Shown here piece after piece: positions 30,501-39,107 of a DNA stretch of 57,999 nucleotides. The DNA comes from Planctomycetota bacterium (lineage in GTDB: Bacteria; Planctomycetota; MHYJ01; WSZJ01). The position numbers and the translations under genes are program-made. Location of the stretch: assembly GCA_038060895.1 (NCBI GenBank), contig JBBTCT010000021.1, positions 36,370 to 94,368 of the forward strand, given 5' to 3'. The notes under the pieces were generated by a model that saw nothing but the letters and a program-made list of their open reading frames with translations, did no database searches and was not told the DNA's origin. Position 1 is the first letter of the stretch, and each line of letters starts with the position of its first letter.

Positions 30501-32182
30501 CGGGCGGAACCGCGCAGCTCGGTCGGCAGGTCGATCGCGATGTCGGCGCGGCCCTTCACGACGTCGATGGTCTTCGTGAGATACGTGAACGCGCCGCGCG
30601 TCAGGTCGAGGTAGACCGGGCCATCGGTGCGCGAGAGAACCGTGACTTGCATTGTCTGGCCGGTGCGGTACTGCGAGAAGTCGGTGCGCAGAAGGAAATC
30701 CTGCTCCGCGCGGCCGTCGCGGTCGAGGTCGGCGACCAGCCGGCCGCTTCGGCCGTCATCGTCGTGCGCGAGAAGTTCGAATCGCGGGCCGGGGATCGGG
30801 ACTTCGAGGACGCCGTTCTCGTCGGTCTGGCGCTCGCCTTGCCCCTTGAAGCGCACCCAGGCGCGTGCGGCGCTTCCGTCGGGGTAGGAGCAGACGATGT
30901 ACATCTTTTGGGCGACGCCGGGGACGTACTCGCCGCCTTCGGGGACGGCGACCAGGCGGAGCGGCGTGGCCGTGACAGGGAGGAGGACGGCCTTGCGCTC
31001 GACGTGGCCGGCCGTGTCGGTGACCGAAGCTTCGCACCGCACGAGCGCGCTGCCGCCTTCGAGCTCGGTGCCGTACAGCTTTTTCGGTATTTCCAGCATC
31101 AGCCGCGCGTGCCCTTTCTCGTCCGCGCGCATCACCGCAGTCCCCGCTTCCTTGAAGTCGTCTCCGACCCAGTGCGAGAGCGTCACGCGCACATCCGCGC
31201 CGGCGCAGGGCTTGCCGAAGAGGTAGTCGGCGTCGACGTCGGCGTACAGCGTGCGGCCGGGGGCGTAGAAGCGCTGGTCGGTCGCGAGGTCCACGCGAAA
31301 TTTCGGCAGAACGTAGCGCTTCACTTCGAAGACGCGCTCGCTCTCGACGCCGCCCGCGACGGCCTTGGCGCGCCACGGGCCGAGGAGAACTTCATCGGCG
31401 AGATCGAGGTCGAACGCGGCGATTCCGAACTCGGACGTCTTCAGCGTCTTGCGCTCGACCTTGTTGCCGTTGGCGTCCTCGATTTCGAGCGAGACCTCGC
31501 CCTTGAACGGCCTGAGCGCGACGTCGTCCATGGCGAGGATGCGGAAGTGGACCGTCTGCTCCGGCTGATAGATCGGCTTGTCCGTCGAGATGAGCACGCG
31601 CACCGGGCGCTCGATCGTGACCTTCTTCGTGATGCGGTCCTCGCCCATCGCCGAAATCACCGTGAGGATGAGCACCGCGTCGCGCGAGGCCGGTACCGGC
31701 AGCCGCACGTCGGCGCAGCCGTCCGCGCCGGAGACCGCTTCGACCTTCGCGCCGCCTTCGATCTCGGCGACGACTTTCGCGCCTGCGATCGCCGCCTGCG
31801 TCTGCCCGTTGCGCACGAGCACGCGCAGCGAACCAGTCGCGCCCTCGACCCACGTCCGGGCGCCGATCACCGAGACCTGCTGAACCTGCGGCTCCTGCTT
31901 CTCAATCCACGCGCGCCAGCCGCCGACGGCAAGAAGCGCGACCGCGGCCGCGGCGAGGAAGCCCCACTTGAACAGTCCGCCGCGCGCAGGGATCCGCACC
32001 GGCTTGCCGCCCGCCGCTTCGTCCTGGAGCCGTACCGCAGCCTGCGCGAGCAATCCATCCGCGCGCCGGAGCGTCTCCAGCTTCGCGCGGCACGCCTCGC
32101 AGCTGGCGAGATGCTGCTCGAGCTCCGGCGCCTTGCCATCGAGGTACCAGGAGAGCTTCGCTTCGCAGTCAACGCAGTTCAT
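27521..32182 (-). CDS. Zinc-finger anti-sigma / alpha-2-macroglobulin-family fusion with in-frame TGA at the thioester Cys (codon 1085), 1553 aa
   Basis: HLASCEAC zf-HC2 plus TM; TDKPIYQP and YVLPKF MG domains; VVDEAVFAL; LREYFPETLYW; DSITTW; LPYG-TGA-FEQTSS (TGA 28930-28928) in frame with ORF 27521-28909; GYQRLL; DLGIPPGF; VYEYYAP. Confidence 0.88.
28888..28927 (-). promoter_or_regulatory. Candidate SECIS element of the macroglobulin gene
   Basis: UGA UUCGAGCAGACCUC GAGCGU GGCCUAUCCGA ACGUUC: stem closes a loop starting GG at +21. An alternative UCGAG/CUCGA hairpin lies next to the UGA. Confidence 0.45.
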
Positions 32183-32202
32183 GGCGATTTCGTTCCTTCC
32201 TC

Positions 32203-32466
32203 TTAAGACCGGCGCGAACGGGCAAAGGCGTAAAACACGGTGAACACCAAGGCCAGGACCAGCAGGCACGGCACCGACCAGTTCTGGACCTCATCGGAGT
32301 TCGGGAACTCCCTCAGGAGTCGGCGTCCGGTTCGGGACACCGATGCGAAGAGGCCGCTCCGCGGCCCTCCACTGCGGGCTAACCCTCAGGTGTAATGCAC
32401 CGAAACGGGGACATGGATTGCCGTTCCCGCAGAACCGGCCGCGCGAGCGACCACAAGAGGCGTCAT
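32203..32466 (-). CDS. Small single-TM protein with in-frame TGA (codon 27), 87 aa, missed by the ORF track
   Basis: GGAAGGAG RBS and ATGA overlap; MTPLVV...VHYT-TGA-GLARSGG...SDEVQNWSVPCLLVLALVFTVFYAFARSRRS-TAA, ending just before the macroglobulin RBS; GGCCGC-GGA-GCGGCC hairpin at 32350-32369. Confidence 0.6.
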
Positions 32467-32720
32467 GATCGCGGCTCCTTCCACGCAACCTGGCCGGAGG
32501 GGCGCGGCTTGTGGAAGACCCACCAGGCCGCGAGCGAGAGCAGAAGCGCGATTCCCCCCAGGATCGCGACCTCTTCCGATCTCAGGCCGAAGTGTGAGCG
32601 TCCGCCGGGACAGCAGGGACGCAGCTGCGAAGTGCCGCACTTCACAGGCGCGGCCGTGTGCTTCACGAGCTTGCCGTCGACGATCCTGTCCTGGCACCAC
32701 GCCATCGGTTCACATCTCAT
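32463..32720 (-). CDS. Small Cys-rich single-TM protein
   Basis: ATGA overlaps at both ends; KCG and CC motifs; SEEV followed by a TM helix. Confidence 0.65.
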   Translation of the reverse strand: MRCEPMAWCQDRIVDGKLVKHTAAPVKCGTSQLRPCCPGGRSHFGLRSEEVAILGGIALLLSLAAWWVFHKPRPSGQVAWKEPRS

Positions 32721-33229
32721 GCGGGTTCTGCTCCCATTCTCTCGGTCACCATCTTCCGGACGCGGTGCAGCTTCTCGCCCACCGACGCCGCGGTCATGCC
32801 CAGGACTTCGCCGATCTCCGCGTAGCTCATCTGCTCCACGAATCTCAGCAGCACGAGCTGCCGGTAGTCCTCGCGCAGGCCGTCGACGATCCGCACGACC
32901 CGTTCGATCAGGTCGTCGGGCTTCTTTTCCGCCACCGGGGCCGCCACGTCCACCAGCTCCTCCGCTTTGTGCCGCTTCTCGCGCCGCAGCCAGTCGATGG
33001 CCGCGTTACGGGTCAGCGTGTACAGCCAGGTTTTCGCCTTCGACGGATCCCGCAGAGTCCCCAGCGCCTTCCACGCCCGCAGGAACGCTTCCTGCGTGAC
33101 GTCGTCGGCGGCGGACGGACTTCGGACCCAGGACAGGGCGAGGGCTCGCACCATCCGTTCGTGTGACTTCACGAAGGTGTCGAAATCCAGGGCCACGGTT
33201 CGGGTGGGAGCGCCTTGTTCCGGGTTCAA
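32717..33229 (-). CDS. ECF sigma-70 factor
   Basis: ADDVTQEAFLRAW, KTWLYTLTRN, region 4 LRFVEQMSYAEIGEVLG. Confidence 0.93.
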   Translation of the reverse strand: MNPEQGAPTRTVALDFDTFVKSHERMVRALALSWVRSPSAADDVTQEAFLRAWKALGTLRDPSKAKTWLYTLTRNAAIDWLRREKRHKAEELVDVAAPVAEKKPDDLIERVVRIVDGLREDYRQLVLLRFVEQMSYAEIGEVLGMTAASVGEKLHRVRKMVTERMGAEPA

Positions 33230-33471
33230 GAGTTAGGCGGGGCGGGAAGGGCCGCTATTAGAGGAAAATCCGAAAAATTATGGGGAAGGCGGGTTGGCCT
33301 CGGATCGGGCAGGGTCGAAGGTCGAGTGTTGGAGGTCTGCAGGCTCTCAATCCAGGCCCCTACCATTGTTCGCCCCACCCAGGCCCCGAATCACCCCGTG
33401 TCCGGATAGTTCGGGAAAGAGAATGTCCCGCCGGCGGGGACGGAAGTTCCACCCCCGCCGGCGCGCTGCTT

Positions 33472-34152
33472 CTACTTCTTCATGTCCTCTTCGCCCGAGG
33501 ACTCGATGTGGATCGTGAAACCGTTCTGCTTCGTGTACTTGTAGTCATACCCGTTGCCCTTGTACCAGTGCGTGGCGTAGCACAGGAAGAAGCCGTTGTT
33601 CTTCTGCGCCCCCCAGTACTTCACCTCTTTCAGCACCGACTGCTTCCCGTCCGTCATCGCAGGCTCCAGCGTCACCTCGCCCTTGTCGCCGCACTTCGCG
33701 TGCGCCGCGCCGCCGTCCTTCATCTCCCACGTGATCGCCGCCGTGTCCGTCTTCACGTCCTTCCACTTAACCGGATACACCTTCGTGATCAGGAACGACA
33801 GCGCTTCCTGCTGCTCCTTCGTCACCGTGGTGTCCCAGGTGATGACGCACCCGTCCATCTCGCCGTCGGCGAAGCTGCCGCCAAGGTTGCCGGAGATCCA
33901 GAACTTGCAGCCGTCGACCTTGACATCGCCGACGTAGCCGGAAGCGACCCTTACGGCGTTGTTGAACTCACAGTGGTGGCCGCCGGCGGGCTCGGTGTTG
34001 AAGTAACAGGTGCAGAACAACGGGCAGGAGCAGGCTTCGATGTAGTCCGCCTTGATTTCCCACTTCCGTTTCGCGTCCGCGCTGGTGGCGGGGGCAAAGA
34101 CGAGCAGGGCAGCTGCGGCGCAGGCGGCGGCGAACACGATACGCACTTTCAT
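33472..34152 (-). CDS. DUF1326-like Cys-rich protein with signal peptide
   Basis: W.I..DYIEACSCPLFCTC motif; AGGAG RBS before ATG34152. Confidence 0.8.
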   Translation of the reverse strand: MKVRIVFAAACAAAALLVFAPATSADAKRKWEIKADYIEACSCPLFCTCYFNTEPAGGHHCEFNNAVRVASGYVGDVKVDGCKFWISGNLGGSFADGEMDGCVITWDTTVTKEQQEALSFLITKVYPVKWKDVKTDTAAITWEMKDGGAAHAKCGDKGEVTLEPAMTDGKQSVLKEVKYWGAQKNNGFFLCYATHWYKGNGYDYKYTKQNGFTIHIESSGEEDMKK

Positions 34153-34408
34153 GGTCTCCTCCTTGAAGGGTTTTCCGTCACGTGTCTCGGGTCGTCGATT
34201 GGACTTCCCGATCCGGGTTCGGGGTGGACTATAGGTTTTCTCCGGGCCAGAACTCAACGCCTACCCGGAGGCGGGTCGTCGAGGACGCCGTTGCGTCCTC
34301 CGGACCGACCCGAGGCAGGAGGATGCGCTGGTTCAGGAGGAGTTGCCGCGGCTAGAATGGGCGTTCGTGAAGCGGCCGCTTCCCAGGACGATATGAAGGG
34401 CACTCTCG

Positions 34409-35620
34409 ATGCGAAATACGCGGATGCTGTGGATTCTCGGTCTTGCGGCGGGGGCAGCCATGACTCCGGCCCTCGCAGAGGACCCGCCCAGGGGCGCCGA
34501 GTTCACGGCTCCAGTGCGCCTGAAGGCCGCCGGTGAGTTCGTCCGGACCGAGGAGCCGGGCTACGCGGCGCCCTGCTGGGCCGACGCGGACGGCGACGGC
34601 AGGAAGGACCTGATCGTCGGCCAGTTCTCCGGGGGCAAAATGAAGGTCTATCGAAACCTCGGCGAAGGCAAGCTCGCGGAGGGGCGCTGGCTCGAGGCCG
34701 AGGGCAAGGTAGCCGAGGTGCCGGGGGTCTGGTGATGCACGAGCGCGACTCCACAGTTCGTGGATCTCAACGGTGACGGCAAGGTCGACATTCTTTCAGG
34801 CTCGTACTCGCGCGATGAAGGGGACATGGCGGGCCTGTTCCAGGTGTTGTGGGGAGTCGAGGGCGGGGGCTTCAAAGCGCCTGCGGTCCTCAACGGCACC
34901 GACGGCCAGCCCCTGATCATCGCGGACGACGACGACATTCCCAGGATCTGCACCCGGCCGACGGCGGTGGACCTCAACGGCGACGGCAAGCTGGACATCG
35001 TCTCGGGCAATTTCGCCGGCACGTTCGCGTTCTTCCCCGGCGAGGGCGAGGGCCGGTTCGCGCCGAAACACACGCTGCTGACCGGCGCCGACGGCGCTTC
35101 GCTCAACGTGGACGACCACAGCGATCCGTTCTTCGTCGACTGGGACGGCGACGGCGACCTCGACTTGCTCAGCGGGTCCGCTTCCGGCGGCGTGTCCCTG
35201 TTCGTCAATCTCGGCTCGAAGAAGGAAGCGAAGTTCGGCAAGCCGGTGGCACTGGTGCCGGCCGTCGAGAACGAGCCTTCCGGCGCCCGCATGGGCGATG
35301 AATGGCTGAAGGGGCCACAGTCGGATACCCGCGTCTGGGCCGACGACCTCAACGGCGACGGCAAGCTTGACCTCCTGATCGGAGACTCGGTCACGCTGGT
35401 GTACCCGGCGGCCGGGCTTGAAGTGGCGCAGGCTCGGGAGAAGCTCGCCGAGTGGTCGGCCAGAATGGAAAAGGCGGGAGCCGCGCTCCGCGCGGGCGGA
35501 GGGCCCACGGCAGAGGACAAGAAAAAGTACCAGGAGGAGTGGCAGAAGCTCCGGAAAGAGCGCGAGACGATCGTGCGCGAGGACTCGACCGGATTCGTCT
35601 GGGTGATGTACCGGAAGTAG
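34409..35620 (+). CDS. Secreted FG-GAP/VCBS repeat protein with in-frame TGA (codon 109, W-U-C), 403 aa
   Basis: ORFs 34409-34735 and 34760-35620 share a frame: VPGVW-TGA-CTSATPQFVDLNGDGKVD. DxxGDGxxDL repeats lie on both sides; hairpin TCCAC-AGTTC-GTGGA at 34750-34764. Confidence 0.82.
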
Positions 35621-35660
35621 GCGACTGAGCGCGCGAGAAACAGTCGTCCTGCGGCGCGCG

Positions 35661-35831
35661 ACGCCAGCTCATCCGGCGCGCGAGCGGGAAATCCGCGCGC
35701 TTACCCAGGCCGCCGATGAGCTGAACGTGCGCAAGCTGACCGTAGTCACGCTCGATACCGAAGACAAGATCCGCGAAGGCGGGATCGAAATCCCCGCGAT
35801 TCCCTGCAGGATCTGGCTGGCGGCGCTTTAG
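35661..35831 (+). pseudogene. C-terminal fragment resembling AAA_14/DUF4143 ATP-binding proteins
   Basis: Reads REREIRALTQAADELNVRKLTVVTLDTEDKIREGGIEIPAIPCRIWL-stop with no start or upstream domains. Confidence 0.5.
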
Positions 35832-35917
35832 TAGAAGTGCGCCTCGGAGTGACCCCAGCGCGCGAACGCGAAGACGAGGGCGGCGAAGACGGCGGGGATG
35901 GCGAGCAGGACGAGCAT
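35828..35917 (-). CDS. Possible 29-aa hydrophobic small protein
   Basis: MLVLLAIPAVFAALVFAFARWGHSEAHFY with GAGG upstream and GC-rich third positions. Confidence 0.3.
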   Translation of the reverse strand: MLVLLAIPAVFAALVFAFARWGHSEAHFY

Positions 35918-36038
35918 GAGTGGCCTCTGAAATGTCGTACTGCCGCCATCATGGGAAGCGGGAACCGGGCCGTCAATAGTAAGTTGATCACATTACTCAT
36001 GATTCCGCTCCTTTCCCCCCGTGCTCGCTCCGGTTCCA

Positions 36039-37190
36039 ATGGTCCCCGTGCGCATCCTCCACCTGTTCGGCGACCACAAATGGACCGGTCCCGCCGAGCC
36101 GACGGTCAACCTGTGCCTGGCGCTGAAAGAACGCCGCCACGAAGTCTGGTTCGCTTCGCGTAAGGCCGGCCCAGGCGAAATCGCCGCCCTCGATGACAAG
36201 GCGAAACAGCGCGGACTCGAGCCTCTTCACCTGTTCGCCCTCAACAAGTGGATCAACCTGCGCGACAACTGGTCGGACGTCCGCAAGCTGAGAAGGTTCA
36301 TCGAGGACAGCAAGGTCGAGGTGGTCCACGCGCATGCGTCGCACGACCACATGCTCGCCGGCTGGGCGGCGCGGCGCGCGAAGAACAAGCCGGTCGTCAT
36401 CCGGACGTACCACAAGGGCACGGCGTACGAGCCGGGACTTGGCGCCAAGGTACTGATGAAGCTCTACGTCGATGGCTGGATTTCTTACACGCCTGCCGGT
36501 CTCCGGGAGGACATCGCGAACTACGGCCTCCCGCCCGATCGCACTCTCACCGTCGAGGGAGCAGTGGACCTCGAACGCTTCGACCCTTCAAAGGCCCACA
36601 AGGTCCGCGAAGCGCTCGGTCTGCCATCCGACGCCGTCGTGGCAGGAATCGTCGCACGGATGCAGCGGCACCGGAGGTTCGGGGAACTGATGGAAGCGGT
36701 GGCGATGGCCTGCGGGAAAGTGCCGGGATTGCGCCTGCTGGCGATCGGGCGCGGCACGCACAAGGAGAAGGTCGCGGTCGGGCCGGCGAAGAAATTGGGG
36801 ATCGCCGACAAGGTCGTGTTCGCGGGGTACCGCGCGGCGGACTACGTGAACGTGCTGGCTTCGATCGACTTCAAGGTGTTCCTCGTGCCGGGATCGGACG
36901 GGTCATGCCGGGCCGTGCGCGAAGCGATGGCGATGGGAAAACCGGTGGTTGCAGCGCGGCGCGGGCTGCTGCCGGAACTGGTGACGCATGAAAAGACGGG
37001 GCTGCTCGTCGACGACACCGTCGAGAATCTCGCGGCGGCGATTGTGCGGATGGCGACGGAAACGAAATTGCGCGAGCGGCTGGGGCATGCCGCGCGGATG
37101 GACGCGGTCGCGCGGTTTTCGCCGCGAGTGCAGGCGGAGGCGATCGAGGAGTTTTACAAGCGCGTCTTGAAGCTGGGGCAGAGGCGATAA
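36039..37190 (+). CDS. Glycosyltransferase family 4 (GT-B)
   Basis: VVHAH, VDLERF, EAMAMGKPVV, ELVTHEKTGLLV. Confidence 0.92.
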   Translation: MVPVRILHLFGDHKWTGPAEPTVNLCLALKERRHEVWFASRKAGPGEIAALDDKAKQRGLEPLHLFALNKWINLRDNWSDVRKLRRFIEDSKVEVVHAHASHDHMLAGWAARRAKNKPVVIRTYHKGTAYEPGLGAKVLMKLYVDGWISYTPAGLREDIANYGLPPDRTLTVEGAVDLERFDPSKAHKVREALGLPSDAVVAGIVARMQRHRRFGELMEAVAMACGKVPGLRLLAIGRGTHKEKVAVGPAKKLGIADKVVFAGYRAADYVNVLASIDFKVFLVPGSDGSCRAVREAMAMGKPVVAARRGLLPELVTHEKTGLLVDDTVENLAAAIVRMATETKLRERLGHAARMDAVARFSPRVQAEAIEEFYKRVLKLGQRR

Positions 37191-37253
37191 GGGGTCGTAT
37201 CCGCGGAAACAGCCGCGGATACGGCGTCCTCCGGTCGCGCGCCCGCTCGATCC

Positions 37254-38267
37254 ATGCGAGAATCCCGCCCCGTGAAGGTCCTCTTCCTCATCCAGGGCGT
37301 CAACCAGCCCGCTTCCCGCTACCGCGTGAACCAGTTCCTCGAGTTCCTCCGCGCGGACGGGATCGAGTTCGAGACCCGCGACTACCCGCGTTCCATCCCG
37401 GCCTGGATCGGCGTCCTCCGCATGCGCCGCAAGGTCGATGTCGTCTTCTTCCAGAAAAAACGCGCCCCGCGCTGGCCCGTCATGCGCCTCCGCGCCGGCG
37501 GCGCCCGCGTCGTCTACGACGTCGACGACGCCGTCATGTTCGCCTCCAGCCGGCACGAGTCGCCGGAAGCGCCCGCGCGCATGAAGCGCTTCGCGACGAT
37601 GTGCTCCTCCAGCGACGCCGTGACGGCGGGGAACCGGTATCTTGCGGAGATGGCCCTCAAGCACTGCCCGAACGTGTCCGTCGTCCCGACGTGCATGGAC
37701 ATGCGCAAGTACGCGCCGCGCGGGCCGGCCGCGAACGGAAGCCGCGTCGTCCTCGGCTGGATCGGAGGGCGAAAATCGCTGCCGTTCCTGAAAGAGCTGG
37801 ACCCGGCGCTCGCGCTGCTGAAGGGAATGGGCGTGGATGCCACGCTCAAAGTCGTGTGCAACGAGTTCCCCTCGGACTGCCCCGTCCCGGTCGAAAAAAA
37901 AACATGGGTCGAGGCCGAAGAGGCCGCCGACGTCGCTTCCTTCGACATCGGCCTCGCGCCGCTTCCGGACGACCCCTGGAGCCGCGGCAAGTGCGCGACG
38001 AAATTGCTCCAGTGCATGGCGGCGCGCGTCCCCTGCGTCGCCGCGCCGGTGGGGGCGCACTGCGACATCGTGAAGGAAGGGGAGAACGGGTTCCTCGCCT
38101 CAAAGCCGGCCGAGTGGGCGGAGAAAATCGCGCGGCTGGCGAAGGATCCGGCGCTTCGCGACCGCCTCGGCGAGGCGGCCCGCGAAACTGTTGCGAAGGA
38201 GTACTCGGTGCAGGCCCACGCGCCCCGGCTCGCCGCCCTGCTTAAGTCACTGGCGAGGAGGGCCTGA
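37254..38267 (+). CDS. Glycosyltransferase family 4
   Basis: ASRYRV, YDVDDAV, FDIGLAPL, GKCATKLLQ, IVKEGENGFL. Confidence 0.9.
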   Translation: MRESRPVKVLFLIQGVNQPASRYRVNQFLEFLRADGIEFETRDYPRSIPAWIGVLRMRRKVDVVFFQKKRAPRWPVMRLRAGGARVVYDVDDAVMFASSRHESPEAPARMKRFATMCSSSDAVTAGNRYLAEMALKHCPNVSVVPTCMDMRKYAPRGPAANGSRVVLGWIGGRKSLPFLKELDPALALLKGMGVDATLKVVCNEFPSDCPVPVEKKTWVEAEEAADVASFDIGLAPLPDDPWSRGKCATKLLQCMAARVPCVAAPVGAHCDIVKEGENGFLASKPAEWAEKIARLAKDPALRDRLGEAARETVAKEYSVQAHAPRLAALLKSLARRA

Positions 38268-38270
38268 GCT

Positions 38271-38945
38271 GTGGGCAAGGATCCCGGACCCGTCGTCCCG
38301 AAGTTCCCCCGCGCGGATCTCGAAGCGCGGTCCGTCCGCGTCCTGCGTCCCAAGACCTGGGTGGCGCCCGACGTGCGCCTGCTCGACATGGACGGGCGGC
38401 CCGCGGTCCTCAAGGACTTCGCACCCCTTCCCATGGCCACCCGCCTCACCATCGGGCTTCCGCTCATCCGGTGGGAAGTCCCGATCCTCCGCCGACTCAT
38501 CGGCCTCGAGGGCGTCCCGCAGCTTCTCTACACGGTCGACCGCTTTGCGTTCGTCATGTCGTACATCGAGGCGAGGCCGCTCTACAAGCTGCCGACTGCG
38601 GAACTGCCCGCGGGAATCTTCGACCGCGTCCTCGACCTCGTCGATGCCATCCATGCCCGCGGTGTCGTCCACCTCGACCTGCGCCAGCGCAAGAACACGC
38701 TGATCACCTCCGCAAATCGCCCGGCGATCATCGACTTCGCCTCGGCGATGCACTTCGGCAAGGACGGCAAGATCTTCCGCTTCATGAAGAACGTCGACCG
38801 CACGGCGATTCTCAAGCTCAAGAACCGGGTGCTGCCGGGCTCGCTCACCGAGGAAGAAAAGGAGCAGCTGCACGCGTTCGACCGGATGAGGCGGTTCTGG
38901 CCGCTGAAGCGGCGCCGGCCGAATTTGAAGGACCGGATTAGCTAG
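38271..38945 (+). CDS. Kinase-like protein (RIO/Kdo/WaaP-like fold)
   Basis: VLKDF, HARGVVHLDL...N, IIDFA; follows two glycosyltransferases. Confidence 0.8.
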   Translation: MGKDPGPVVPKFPRADLEARSVRVLRPKTWVAPDVRLLDMDGRPAVLKDFAPLPMATRLTIGLPLIRWEVPILRRLIGLEGVPQLLYTVDRFAFVMSYIEARPLYKLPTAELPAGIFDRVLDLVDAIHARGVVHLDLRQRKNTLITSANRPAIIDFASAMHFGKDGKIFRFMKNVDRTAILKLKNRVLPGSLTEEEKEQLHAFDRMRRFWPLKRRRPNLKDRIS

Positions 38946-38990
38946 TGGGGCCGGCGGGCTTACCGAGGTGGTTGGCGAAAGGACGGAGGA

Positions 38991-39062
38991 GGTAGTGGGT
39001 AGGGGGTAGTAGGCAGGAATGCCTTCTGTAGCAACGGTCGTTTCTACCCTCTACCCACTACC
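38991..39062. repeat. Inverted repeat (GGTAG units, 18/19 match) between convergent genes
   Basis: GGTAGTGGGTAGGGGGTAG 38991-39009 versus CTACCCTCTACCCACTACC 39044-39062. Confidence 0.7.
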
Positions 39063-39107
39063 AACTTCCTTCTTTCCTCGACCACCAAAGTAATTCCCGA
39101 CTCCTCC

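Noticed and set aside
38265-38273. Glycosyltransferase stop TGA is in frame with the next kinase-like gene (TGA-GCT-GTG), a possible readthrough fusion
   Set aside because: The GT is complete at the stop, the position is not a Cys site, and the downstream GTG has its own AGGAGG RBS.
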